This document shows, piece after piece, positions 1 to 8,983 of a stretch of DNA of 64,000 nucleotides. How positions within the stretch are numbered: the stretch's first letter is position 1; the number at the start of each line of letters is the position of its first letter. Where the stretch lies: positions 38,033 to 102,032 of IMG/VR virus record IMGVR_UViG_3300013947_000027; one strand, written 5' to 3'. Source of the stretch: a virus (lineage: Duplodnaviria > Caudoviricetes). The position numbers and the translations under genes are program-made. The notes beneath the pieces are model-generated. The model was not told where the DNA came from. It saw nothing but the letters and a program-made list of their open reading frames with translations, and did no database searches.

Positions 1-465
1 AGTTCGCATAAAGAGAGCCCCCCTCAGGGCTACAATATTATTCTTATTACGAATATCCCTGAACGGATTATCAAAGCTTGCAGCAGTAAGACCATAGACG
101 CTGTTGATAGCTATTTTGAGGGCTTGAGCAAGATCCTTCGCAGTAGACTCATCTTCTAGATATGGAGCAAGTCTACCATTAAGCATCGTACGAGCAGTAT
201 CGTAATCACCATGTTTGATTGCTACACGAGCGTCCAGAATATCAGTGAAATTTTTCGTATAGTCGCCAAAGCAATTCATAGCTCTAATAGAGTTTGGATG
301 AAGTGAGTTTACATCCAACATGGCAACCTTCGTGTAAATACCAGGGAAGGATATAATATAGCCTCCGAATCCCATATCTGTTCCGCGATACATATTATGT
401 GACTTTCCATCTTCACCGAATTGCACAAATTCATATCCTGGGAATGCATTAATTACGTCAGCCAT
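1..465 (-). CDS. Family B DNA polymerase catalytic part (runs off the left end; not in the ORF track)
   Basis: Hand translation from ATG at 465: MADVINAFPGYEF...LDVNSLHP (PolB motif A, DxxSLxP)...KIAINSVYG (motif B, KxxxNSxYG). Frame is open to position 1. Confidence 0.9.
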   Translation of the reverse strand, partial: MADVINAFPGYEFVQFGEDGKSHNMYRGTDMGFGGYIISFPGIYTKVAMLDVNSLHPNSIRAMNCFGDYTKNFTDILDARVAIKHGDYDTARTMLNGRLAPYLEDESTAKDLAQALKIAINSVYGLTAASFDNPFRDIRNKNNIVALRGALFMRT

Positions 466-976
466 TAGCATCACCGCTTTCTACGTATTTGAAATGATAG
501 CCATGATGAGTATGTCTTCTACCGTGCAAGCACTCATGTATATGACCAGGATTTCCATGTATCTTCCTAGCACAGTCACCGATGCCATCAAATACTTCAC
601 CAGTTTCTACTATCATAATCGGCCGCATAGTTTTTTGAATATAATTTGGTGATCTTAGACCCATTTTATAGGCGTGCTCCTGATTTTCACTAGAAGTAAC
701 CCATTCCAAGTTATCAGCTCGATTGTTCAACTTATTACCATCAATATGATTTACGTATCGTTTATTAAATGGATCGGGATTTTCTACAAAAGTTTCTGCG
801 ACTAAGCTATGAACACACTGCGAGACATCTTTTTCGGTGCAACCGATCCGCATATATCCTCTCGCATTCATATATTGATTTAATTCATGCCATTTTCCTC
901 TTTTGCGTCTAAGAATATTTCCTTCATCTGAAATCAAAAAATTATCATGATTTGGATGCTGTTTCCATCTACTCAT
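458..976 (-). CDS. HNH homing endonuclease (NUMOD4-HNH type)
   Basis: VHSLVAETF...VNHIDGNKLNNRADNLEWVT HNH signature. Likely start MSRWK at 976 after an AAGGAGG RBS. Confidence 0.9.
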   Translation of the reverse strand: MSRWKQHPNHDNFLISDEGNILRRKRGKWHELNQYMNARGYMRIGCTEKDVSQCVHSLVAETFVENPDPFNKRYVNHIDGNKLNNRADNLEWVTSSENQEHAYKMGLRSPNYIQKTMRPIMIVETGEVFDGIGDCARKIHGNPGHIHECLHGRRHTHHGYHFKYVESGDANG

Positions 977-995
977 TTTTAGTCCTCCTTTCTTA

Positions 996-3764
996 TTAGT
1001 ATTGTTCACCTGTAGCAAGATCAGTGTAAACAAGCTTTGGTTTGCGTTCTTTACCAAACACAATTTTAGTAGTGAGGTTATTTGTAGTATCGTTGACTGT
1101 GCCTCCAGCTAAATCTGCAAGAATCTGACGAGCAGTAAAGTCGCCCTTGAGATGATTAAAGACTTTTTCCGTGGAAATTACATCCCAGTCACAATAAGCA
1201 GCTACTTCTTCCCATTTTTCTTCAGGAACGGGTTTGTCCCATGGGAGCCCGAGTTCCTTATGTCCAATGTTGAGTTCGATTTCCCATTTTTTAAGAGACA
1301 TTTTCTTAGCAGCGAAATCGTAAATATCAGTGTAAGAAAGATTATATGCTTCACTGAAGAATGCTTTGTTGCGATCGCCTTTCTCCGCATTGATGATACT
1401 TTGAGACAAATTATATAGCTGTCCGTTGTCATAACCAAGTAGACACGCATACAACATATGATTGTCGTATCTTCTGCAATTGTATCCGACTAGCTTAAAC
1501 TTAAGAAGCTCTTCAATATCCTTAGGTTTCGGATTGATCATTCGAACAACAGGCTTCCCTTCGCCAGCGACTTTCCAGTTAACCAAGAATAGATTAGAAA
1601 ATACTTCGCAGTCGAAGAAGACCAACTCATCCTTCTCAGCATCAACTGCCGCCGAAGGTTCTTCTGACTTGAACTTCATCTTATTAGCAAGCTTAATGCA
1701 GTAATCCGCCTGATTTGTGCTTCCAGCAGCAAAGGCAAAGATCTCATTCTTAAGATCGCTGACATCATAGCCAATACCGCTGCTATACGCATCATCAAGT
1801 AGTTTCGCAATATAATCTACACTGGGCTTTGTTGCAGCATGATACTCTTTGTTAAGATTTCTCTTAATCATTGTGCGCAACATTTTTTCATTTTTAATAC
1901 CATCCCAATTAATCAAACTCTTATCATCTCCTTTCAACGGCAATCCAGAGCTGATCGTCGCAATAGGAAGATTGTTACACTTGGTCAACATTCTTCTAAG
2001 CGAGCTCTTGCCGGTGAATACTTTGATCTCAATGTCATCATCATAAATGCGACTTAACTTAGTAGGATCTCCACTATAAATATAATGGAGATGAATGCCT
2101 GCTCCACTCTTGCTCAATTCCGCATATGTAGGAGGCCACTTCTCAGCCGCTTCGAGATTCTTCTGAAAAGATTTATTGCCAGTTTCATCCCGAATATCAA
2201 AGTCAATGACAATATGATTCTCAGGGACCTTAACATAATGCAGTTTCGAAGTGTCCAGTTTAGCAAGAGTAGACTTTACGTCATCCCATTTCCGAGATGG
2301 AGTTTCCTTGGAAGAAGCTTTCTGAGCAAGACAATCAGCGCATTCCTTGTCAAATACGGAAGGCTGAACTTCCATTTTGAGCCACTCAGGAATAGGCTTC
2401 TCGTCCGTAGCCTCTTTAGTCTCTCCTTCGGATTCCGCAAATTCTTCCGATTTACTCTCACCAGTCTCAAACTTCTCAGTTCTGAAACCACTGTAATAGC
2501 TACGAGCACGCTCACCACTATCGCTAGTAAACCGTTCGTTGAACTCTCGGAAATAGTTCATCAACTCAGATCTGAAGTGCATCTTCGAGAGCGAATAAGG
2601 AACCTTCGCCTCGTCAACGTAGGTCTTATACATCTCCCAAGCAGCCTTCAGTGTCGTTCCGTCATCTCTCTTGAAAATATGATACGAATCTATCATGAAG
2701 TTATAGAAATCGTTGGATGCGCTCATCATCGATGTAGGAATATATTCATCGTACCGGCCGGGATCAGACAAATATACTTCCTTACAATGCCAAGCAATCG
2801 GACCCAACTCAAACTGAACATGCTTCATGAGCTTGTTATACTCTCGAATAGGAATCTTATTACCAGACGGAGTAACATCAATCAGTCGTCTCAAAATACC
2901 AGACTTACCATCTGTAATCTTGACAGGCTTATTCGTACCCATAAACAAGAAACAAACGAAACGATTCTCATACTGAGATTTATGCTTTTCGTTCACGCTC
3001 ATCCATTCGTGAGAAACCACACTGTTAAGACGAGTATTATCCTCAATCTTAGACAGATCGCCATCATGCTGAATAGCAACCAGTGGGTTCTTTTTAAATG
3101 GTTCAAGCGCAAATTGAGCACTGGCGGAACCAAGAGCCTTAGCATCGAATACTGCATGGTAACCGTCAAACAGATCCTGAATAATATTCAGAATTGTCGA
3201 CTTACCTGTACCAGGGCCACCATAGAGAACCAAGAACTTCTGCAGAGTCTTGGAATCTCCAGTAACAATGGCGCCGATAGCCCATTCGATCTTATGCCGC
3301 TCTTCTTCGGTGTAAAGTGTAGAGATAATTTTCTCATAAGCAGGACAATCGCCAGGCTCAAGAGGGTAGCTAAGCCTCTTGCTGGAATAATCCTTCTTAT
3401 TCGTGCCGTCATTAGCAAACAGGAGCTTCTCGTCCAACATATGATAAGAATCTCGAAGCTGCTTCTGACAATACTTATGCCAGCCATCAATCACTCCGGT
3501 TTCGGCATCTCGCATATAGCAAATCCGTACACTTCCGTCGATTTCGCCCTTATGCTCATCGGCGTACTTAGTAAGCTCACGGTCTACCAGCTGCACAACG
3601 TCCTGCTCGTCCGTAGACCACAAGCCTCGATCTTCGACCCACACAGCATAGAAGTCTCCGCCTCTGATCATGAGATCATCCACATGCTTAATTAAGAATT
3701 TGGGATAAATTTCTGTATACCCAGGCTTTTTAATGCGAGTCGATACTGTGAAAAAATCGAGCAT
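996..3764 (-). CDS. SF3 helicase / PrimPol primase / 3'-5' exonuclease fusion
   Basis: Walker A GGPGTGKST; PrimPol motifs VIDFD and SKSGAGIHLHY; exonuclease motifs FDCE, GYNCRRYD, YCDWD. Confidence 0.85.
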   Translation of the reverse strand: MLDFFTVSTRIKKPGYTEIYPKFLIKHVDDLMIRGGDFYAVWVEDRGLWSTDEQDVVQLVDRELTKYADEHKGEIDGSVRICYMRDAETGVIDGWHKYCQKQLRDSYHMLDEKLLFANDGTNKKDYSSKRLSYPLEPGDCPAYEKIISTLYTEEERHKIEWAIGAIVTGDSKTLQKFLVLYGGPGTGKSTILNIIQDLFDGYHAVFDAKALGSASAQFALEPFKKNPLVAIQHDGDLSKIEDNTRLNSVVSHEWMSVNEKHKSQYENRFVCFLFMGTNKPVKITDGKSGILRRLIDVTPSGNKIPIREYNKLMKHVQFELGPIAWHCKEVYLSDPGRYDEYIPTSMMSASNDFYNFMIDSYHIFKRDDGTTLKAAWEMYKTYVDEAKVPYSLSKMHFRSELMNYFREFNERFTSDSGERARSYYSGFRTEKFETGESKSEEFAESEGETKEATDEKPIPEWLKMEVQPSVFDKECADCLAQKASSKETPSRKWDDVKSTLAKLDTSKLHYVKVPENHIVIDFDIRDETGNKSFQKNLEAAEKWPPTYAELSKSGAGIHLHYIYSGDPTKLSRIYDDDIEIKVFTGKSSLRRMLTKCNNLPIATISSGLPLKGDDKSLINWDGIKNEKMLRTMIKRNLNKEYHAATKPSVDYIAKLLDDAYSSGIGYDVSDLKNEIFAFAAGSTNQADYCIKLANKMKFKSEEPSAAVDAEKDELVFFDCEVFSNLFLVNWKVAGEGKPVVRMINPKPKDIEELLKFKLVGYNCRRYDNHMLYACLLGYDNGQLYNLSQSIINAEKGDRNKAFFSEAYNLSYTDIYDFAAKKMSLKKWEIELNIGHKELGLPWDKPVPEEKWEEVAAYCDWDVISTEKVFNHLKGDFTARQILADLAGGTVNDTTNNLTTKIVFGKERKPKLVYTDLATGEQY

Positions 3765-3793
3765 TACATTCTGTAGCCTCCTTTCTTATTAGT

Positions 3794-4336
3794 TCACTCT
3801 AGACTATTCAAGTACGCCATGAGCTGGTGCCAAATTTCAGCTTCTCTTGCATTGCGTCTCCAACCTCGAATCGTAAATAACCCGCCTTTACCGTTTCGAT
3901 CGTACGTACGATTCAACAACCTCCAGATCGCTTCATCGACAGTTCTCTTATTGAAATTGTAATCACTCATGGAACTCAGACCTAAACTGCTCACCATATC
4001 CCAAAACCATTGAGCAGTTCGATCTCCTTTCTCAGGATTGCACATGATGCGTTCCTCGCATTTAATCGCTAATGCGACCATCATCTCAAGAACACTGCAG
4101 GGCCCATCTAGACAGTATTCCATGCTTTCACAATTATGATAGACGCAATAGCGATATCTGAGTGCAATACCATCTCCTGCTCTGTTCTCATCATATGGAA
4201 CAAAATAGGTGAACTCAGCATCATGGAGGGATGCAAACAGCTTTCTATACGTGATAGATGGCGCAAAGCGTCCTCTGCACATAAGCTGATACATCCACTC
4301 AAAATAATCAGACTTTATCTGATCTTCAATTCTCAT
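3794..4336 (-). CDS. Hypothetical phage protein
   Basis: 180-aa ORF coupled to the upstream gene in the replication operon. Confidence 0.75.
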   Translation of the reverse strand: MRIEDQIKSDYFEWMYQLMCRGRFAPSITYRKLFASLHDAEFTYFVPYDENRAGDGIALRYRYCVYHNCESMEYCLDGPCSVLEMMVALAIKCEERIMCNPEKGDRTAQWFWDMVSSLGLSSMSDYNFNKRTVDEAIWRLLNRTYDRNGKGGLFTIRGWRRNAREAEIWHQLMAYLNSLE

Positions 4337-5033
4337 AACGTCCGTAATACGGGTTAGGATTCATCCGACGGACTTCCTCATATGTTCGAGGATCTCTTGT
4401 GACTTCGTAGTCGATCTCGTTACGCTCGTTTCGAACATAGATGATATCGTCCTGCTCTTCTCCGAAATGATCCAGAGCTTCTTCACCGATAGTCTCTTCA
4501 ATGTCAAGCTGGACGCCCCAACCATCTGCCAACACACCATCGGCGAAATAGTCAAGAGGCTGAGCATTATAACCAGGAGGGCTACTGTTGAAATCTTCAG
4601 CGGAAATCACATAAGGTCCATCAATGTATGGGAAACCAAGATCGTCCTCATCCCCGTTACCTCCTTCTTCAGTATTTTCCTCCTTATCATCTGCTTCGTC
4701 CTTAGACTCTTCATCTTCAGACTTGCAATACTTGCTCGTAATCTTGTAATACTCAATCATTTCCTTCTCATGATCGGTAAAGTCACGTTCATCATCGTCA
4801 GGATATTCGTCATCTTCCTGTTCAACCTCAGGCTCGTCTTCCTCATCAGCAACGCTGGCCTTGAGCATATCTCTCGTCTTCCTCATCAGGTTCGCATACT
4901 CATCCTTAACAGAATCGATCTCTTCCTGAGCAATCTGTTCGTACTTAGTCTTCACGAACTTCCAAGTAACTGCGGAGCCAACAGCGGCTCCAACAGCAAA
5001 CATGAGAATCTTGCATAATGCACTACGATTCAT
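4326..5033 (-). CDS. Acidic protein with N-terminal membrane anchor
   Basis: GGAGG RBS before MNRSAL; hydrophobic ILMFAVGAAVGSAVTW followed by a D/E-rich region. Confidence 0.75.
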   Translation of the reverse strand: MNRSALCKILMFAVGAAVGSAVTWKFVKTKYEQIAQEEIDSVKDEYANLMRKTRDMLKASVADEEDEPEVEQEDDEYPDDDERDFTDHEKEMIEYYKITSKYCKSEDEESKDEADDKEENTEEGGNGDEDDLGFPYIDGPYVISAEDFNSSPPGYNAQPLDYFADGVLADGWGVQLDIEETIGEEALDHFGEEQDDIIYVRNERNEIDYEVTRDPRTYEEVRRMNPNPYYGRYEN

Positions 5034-5046
5034 GTTTTCCTCCATT

Positions 5047-5226
5047 TCATTCAAGATAGATTTGGTCATATTCGTCTTTCTCTTCGACTCTAGTTGACAG
5101 AACTGTCACCGCTAAGCCTCCTAAAAATATAGAAGTACTTAGCAATATTCCGCCAACTATATGCCTTTTACTTCTGGTAGCAACTAAATGCTCAATTGTC
5201 TGTAACAATCTCTTTGTACGTTCCAT
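5047..5226 (-). CDS. Small membrane protein, 59 aa (MERTKRLL...GGILLSTSIFLGGLAVTVL...)
   Basis: Hand-translated; fills the operon gap; one transmembrane segment. Confidence 0.65.
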   Translation of the reverse strand: MERTKRLLQTIEHLVATRSKRHIVGGILLSTSIFLGGLAVTVLSTRVEEKDEYDQIYLE

Positions 5227-5332
5227 TATTAGCTGAGCTCCCTTCGCTTGTTAGAAGGGCCATGCCTGTAACGAAGCACACGCCCGCTAAAGATGCTAAT
5301 ACACAAGAAACTACAGTTGACTTATTAGTCAT
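5192..5332 (-). CDS. Small membrane protein, 46 aa (MTNKSTVVSCVLASLAGVCFVTGMALL...)
   Basis: Hand-translated; overlaps the upstream stop; AAGGA RBS. Confidence 0.55.
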   Translation of the reverse strand: MTNKSTVVSCVLASLAGVCFVTGMALLTSEGSSANNGTYKEIVTDN

Positions 5333-5570
5333 ATTTATCATCCTTTTTTCGTGGATCACTCGTATTTCTCAAAAAATATAAGTGATCGCCGATTTTTGTA
5401 CCACTGAGCATTCCGCACATATACCATGCTCTAATTGTTGCTAAACCAACACCAAACTTAACCGCAGCCTCTTCTTCATTCATGAGCCAAACAAAAATGC
5501 CATCTTTGACGACAATTTCGTTCTCAAGATCATTTTGAAGAATATAGAGTATCAGTTCCTTGCCAGTCAT
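5325..5570 (-). CDS. Small HTH DNA-binding protein (excisionase/MerR-like)
   Basis: EEEAAVKFGVGLATIRAW HTH pattern; AGGAGG RBS. Confidence 0.65.
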   Translation of the reverse strand: MTGKELILYILQNDLENEIVVKDGIFVWLMNEEEAAVKFGVGLATIRAWYMCGMLSGTKIGDHLYFLRNTSDPRKKDDKYD

Positions 5571-5685
5571 CAGATCTCCTCCTTATTTTGACTATCCCGA
5601 GGTTTTAAATTGGGAATAACCACGGGAAGTCATACACATCTTGCATCGTGCCTGTTAGACCGAGATTCGACAGGCGCGGTGAACT

Positions 5686-6624
5686 TCAAATGTAATCGAG
5701 GATATTGCCGATGCAGTTGAAGTCAAGAATGATACTCTTCTCACGACCATTGACAAAGTCACATGCCTTTTCGTTATTCACGTCGAAGATACCGAAGTCG
5801 ACAAAGTTATCACCGATGGAGTTATCATCAGTGTAAACCCAGCCTGCGATCTGACCATATGCGGTTCTAGGTGCACCAACCATGTCATAGACTTCATTCA
5901 GAGTAAGGATACCGTTCATTTTGAGCTTGTCATTAGCCCAGTTCTGCTGCTGAATCAGGAAGACCTTGTTCAGTTCAGCGTTTCTAGTCCAACCAGTGTT
6001 GCCTTCACAGAACACAATAGAATACATGCTATGTGCTGTATTAGGATCGACTACCTCGACAGTCTTCTTAACAGTGGTTTCCTTGCCATCTTCGTCAACA
6101 ACAGTTTCTTCGACTTCCTTAGCCTTAATGCCGAAACGAAGCTCGCGATCAAGATCTTTACCGAATCTATCAACTAGGCGACCGCGGTACTCCTTGAAGC
6201 TAGTAGCTACATTCGTGAGTGCAGCAGCCAGTGCAATGTTACGCTTACGTAGGATATGGTTGGAGCCAAGCATACAGCCAATAGAAGCAACACCAAGAGC
6301 AACAGACGGACCATAAAGCTTAACGAACTTCAGACCAGTCTGCACATAGGTAATCGTCAGATCCTTCTTAGCAATTTCCTCAGTATATTCTTCTCCGTCA
6401 GAAGTATGGAGACCCTTGCCAACGCTCTCATGGATCTTGTCGATAGTATCCTTGGCTTCATCAACAATATCGTTTACCTTAGTAGTAGCCTTACATGCCA
6501 TAACTGCACTCGTCACAATACCGACGACGCCAGTAACAGCCAGAATTTCAGGGCTATGCTTCTTGAACTTGAAGCCAGCCTTATGGAAAGATCTACTTAC
6601 CTTGCTAATAAGTTCAGTTTTCAT
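5686..6624 (-). CDS. DUF6353-like membrane-anchored phage protein, paralogue 1
   Basis: KKHSPEIL..G..G..A..AT N-terminus and LNEVYD..G...GW...LDF C-terminus, shared with the 7949 and 8984 ORFs. Confidence 0.75.
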   Translation of the reverse strand: MKTELISKVSRSFHKAGFKFKKHSPEILAVTGVVGIVTSAVMACKATTKVNDIVDEAKDTIDKIHESVGKGLHTSDGEEYTEEIAKKDLTITYVQTGLKFVKLYGPSVALGVASIGCMLGSNHILRKRNIALAAALTNVATSFKEYRGRLVDRFGKDLDRELRFGIKAKEVEETVVDEDGKETTVKKTVEVVDPNTAHSMYSIVFCEGNTGWTRNAELNKVFLIQQQNWANDKLKMNGILTLNEVYDMVGAPRTAYGQIAGWVYTDDNSIGDNFVDFGIFDVNNEKACDFVNGREKSIILDFNCIGNILDYI

Positions 6625-6659
6625 ATATTTTAATTCTCCTTCTTAATAGATTTAGTTAA

Positions 6660-7304
6660 TCAAAGCGGCAATGCTCTAGGCATTTCAATCTTGTAGCCAT
6701 CTCGAGTTCTAACAACTCTTGCATTGCGAATGTTCGTCCAACCATACTTGTTATCTGTGTAGTCACCGGTGATGCCTACCAGATCGTACAGGTCAGCAAC
6801 TCGAACTGCGTCATACTGCTCAATCATTTCGTCCATACGAGATAGGACAGACTCTGCTTCTCCACGAGATTCAAGAACAATATCATCATAGCTGTAACCA
6901 GTTGTAGTTCTGGTATTGCCATAGGACCGTTCGTCTCGTCTACTGATGCTGTTGTAGTCTCTGTAAGAGACCTTATCAGAAGTGGGGCGCTTACTGCCAG
7001 AACCGCCACGACCTCCAAACAGAGTCATATCGAGAGCGCCCACAACAAGGTCGTACAGAGCCTTCTTGATGGATGGGACGATCACATCAAATACTACATA
7101 ATTCTTGACATTAGCTGCGTCTTCCGTGATGAAAACGTCTGTCAGCTTACGTGTATTATTTTTCTTAGTCTTTACTTTTCCGTGAATGATCTTCTCCGCT
7201 CGCTTTCCCTCAGCCAGAGACTGCTTATCGTCACGCTTATTTCGGCTTCCATGGGAGTTGTCAGGCAAGTTATCATACAGCTTGGTAACATCGGGTTCAC
7301 CCAT
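6660..7304 (-). CDS. Hypothetical phage protein
   Basis: 214-aa ORF with AGGAGG RBS. C-terminal VADLYDLVG...YGW resembles the DUF6353-like C-terminus. Confidence 0.75.
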   Translation of the reverse strand: MGEPDVTKLYDNLPDNSHGSRNKRDDKQSLAEGKRAEKIIHGKVKTKKNNTRKLTDVFITEDAANVKNYVVFDVIVPSIKKALYDLVVGALDMTLFGGRGGSGSKRPTSDKVSYRDYNSISRRDERSYGNTRTTTGYSYDDIVLESRGEAESVLSRMDEMIEQYDAVRVADLYDLVGITGDYTDNKYGWTNIRNARVVRTRDGYKIEMPRALPL

Positions 7305-7309
7305 TAAAT

Positions 7310-7507
7310 TTATCCTCCTTCAACAATTTTCAACTTTCCAGGAATAGTAATCTTTGATCTAGGCATTCTTCCAGTTTCCATTTTGAATTGATATGCCAGA
7401 TTAGAGCGAGCTTTCTTTTCGGTCGGTGCACGAGTAGAAGCCGACCAACGATCTGCAATGATCCTTTCAAACTCTAAAACAGGACCATTGTAGTAATATA
7501 GGTTCAT
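7310..7507 (-). CDS. Hypothetical protein
   Basis: 65-aa ORF with AGGAG RBS. Confidence 0.7.
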   Translation of the reverse strand: MNLYYYNGPVLEFERIIADRWSASTRAPTEKKARSNLAYQFKMETGRMPRSKITIPGKLKIVEGG

Positions 7508-7527
7508 ATGTCGCTTTCTCCTACAAC

Positions 7528-7570
7528 AAAAAAAGAAAAAGAGGAGAACACCCTGTTACGGATGCTCTCC
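7528..7570 (-). terminator. Intrinsic terminator of cassette 1
   Basis: GGAGAGCATCC-GTAACA-GGGTGTTCTCC followed by a U-tract. Confidence 0.85.
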
Positions 7571-7634
7571 ACTTGCCGAATTCCAAATAACTTACTGCTC
7601 AAAGTAGGTTATCCTTGGAACGCTCTCACGGCTA

Positions 7635-7877
7635 TTACTCGTCAACTACCACGTAGTCTTCTTCCGCCTCGGCCTTCTGTGCTTCCTTCTTGGCCTTGTA
7701 CTTGCTGACAAGCTTCTTGCCCAGCTTGATCAGACCGCCAGTAGCGATCGTCAGGCCGGCACCAATCAGCATTGCCACGCCAGTACTCATGCCAGAGTTC
7801 TGCACCTCTTCGACCTCGTCGTTGTTCTCGACTTCCTCGATAGCAGTCTCGTCATAGTTCATGATCTCGTTTTCCAT
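7635..7877 (-). CDS. Small acidic single-TM protein (cassette 1)
   Basis: AAGGAG RBS; GVAMLIGAGLTIATGGLI segment. Confidence 0.8.
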   Translation of the reverse strand: MENEIMNYDETAIEEVENNDEVEEVQNSGMSTGVAMLIGAGLTIATGGLIKLGKKLVSKYKAKKEAQKAEAEEDYVVVDE

Positions 7878-7920
7878 AGTTTTTAACTCCTTTTAGAAAT
7901 AATAATTATTGGTATTTCTG

Positions 7921-7948
7921 CCATAATAGGGCCTGTAAATTTCGCGAA
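7921..7948 (-). promoter_or_regulatory. 28-bp conserved promoter-like motif, copy 1
   Basis: TTCGCGAAATTTACAGGCCCTATTATGG. Confidence 0.8.
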
Positions 7949-8737
7949 TTATCTACAGCTATTAAATCCGCGTTTCGGAGCAACCGCATAGTCAATGACA
8001 ATACAAGGCACACCGTCCGTATCAAGTTGCGCACTAAAATCAAGCTCGATCAATCCACGAGCAACATTCCAACCAAGATCATCACCAATGCTCACACCAT
8101 CTAGATCAAGAGCATAGTAGAATTCGTTAAGAGAAATATAATCCTCACCGTTGACCATTTGTCGATTAAGCTCATTAACATTTCTCTTAATTGTCTCGAT
8201 GTCAGATACGAATCTTCGCTTAGTGATAGTGTCAAAGCATCGAGTCTTACCGTTCCCACTCACAATAATTGTGGAAGGATTTGCAGGTTCTTTCTCGATA
8301 CGATCCTTAGCAAGCTTCTCACGGATTGTCTGCTCTTTCTTCTCGCCAACAGTCTCAATAACCTTCTGCTTATACTCTGCAAGCGCAGTTGTGGACAGGT
8401 TGTATGCTGTAGCAAGAGCAGCATTGCGCTTAGAATGCACCGAGCTCGCACCAATCAGGCATGCAACAGAGGTGACACCCGTAATTGCTGCAGGAATGTA
8501 GGGTTTCCATGCTGCCTTAACCGTTTCAAGCTTAGTGAGATGATCGTTATGTTCGTTTTCAGCTTTCTTATCTTCAGCCTCAGCAATAAGATCCAAAGCC
8601 TTCGGTGTAGCAGAAACTGCCAGGATTGTTGTGGTGATCATGCCAGCGATACCGAGTCCAGTTAAAATCTCTGGACTATGGTTAGATAAAACTGTTTTAA
8701 CGCTTTTAAACAGTGCTGCCATGTTGGGTTTATTCAT
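7949..8737 (-). CDS. DUF6353-like protein, paralogue 2
   Basis: NHSPEILTGLGIAG...ISLNEFY...LGW. Confidence 0.75.
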   Translation of the reverse strand: MNKPNMAALFKSVKTVLSNHSPEILTGLGIAGMITTTILAVSATPKALDLIAEAEDKKAENEHNDHLTKLETVKAAWKPYIPAAITGVTSVACLIGASSVHSKRNAALATAYNLSTTALAEYKQKVIETVGEKKEQTIREKLAKDRIEKEPANPSTIIVSGNGKTRCFDTITKRRFVSDIETIKRNVNELNRQMVNGEDYISLNEFYYALDLDGVSIGDDLGWNVARGLIELDFSAQLDTDGVPCIVIDYAVAPKRGFNSCR

Positions 8738-8775
8738 ATACTTTCCTCCTTAAAATTAAAAGTAAAAGAGCCCGA

Positions 8776-8937
8776 TTAGGACCCTTTTACCTGTTTAGTA
8801 GTGACTTCCTTCACTTCTTTAGCGACAGCTTCTTTCATCTCATCGCTAGATATCTTGCTATTGATGAGGGTAGCAACCCCCGCCAACACAAGTGCTCCAA
8901 GCTTAAGACCTGTCTTGATAGCCTTCGTTTTATCCAT
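8776..8937 (-). CDS. Small single-TM protein, 53 aa (cassette 2; MDKTKAIKTGLKLGALVLAGVATLI...)
   Basis: Hand-translated; AAAGGAG RBS directly after motif copy 2; stop lies in the terminator hairpin at 8764-8788. Confidence 0.8.
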   Translation of the reverse strand: MDKTKAIKTGLKLGALVLAGVATLINSKISSDEMKEAVAKEVKEVTTKQVKGS

Positions 8938-8955
8938 GATAGAACACACTCCTTT

Positions 8956-8983
8956 CCATAATAGTGGCTGTGAATCTCGCGAA
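8956..8983 (-). promoter_or_regulatory. 28-bp motif, copy 2
   Basis: TTCGCGAGATTCACAGCCACTATTATGG. Confidence 0.8.

Noticed and set aside
440-1000. Group I intron or intein around the HNH gene
   Set aside because: The HNH nearly abuts the upstream stop and overlaps the downstream start, leaving no room for a ribozyme core; it is not fused in frame.
2085-3695. 536-aa plus-strand ORF (also 37000-38601, 45307-46635, 47433-48362 and other plus-strand ORFs)
   Set aside because: Antisense shadows of well-supported minus-strand genes; no recognisable motifs.
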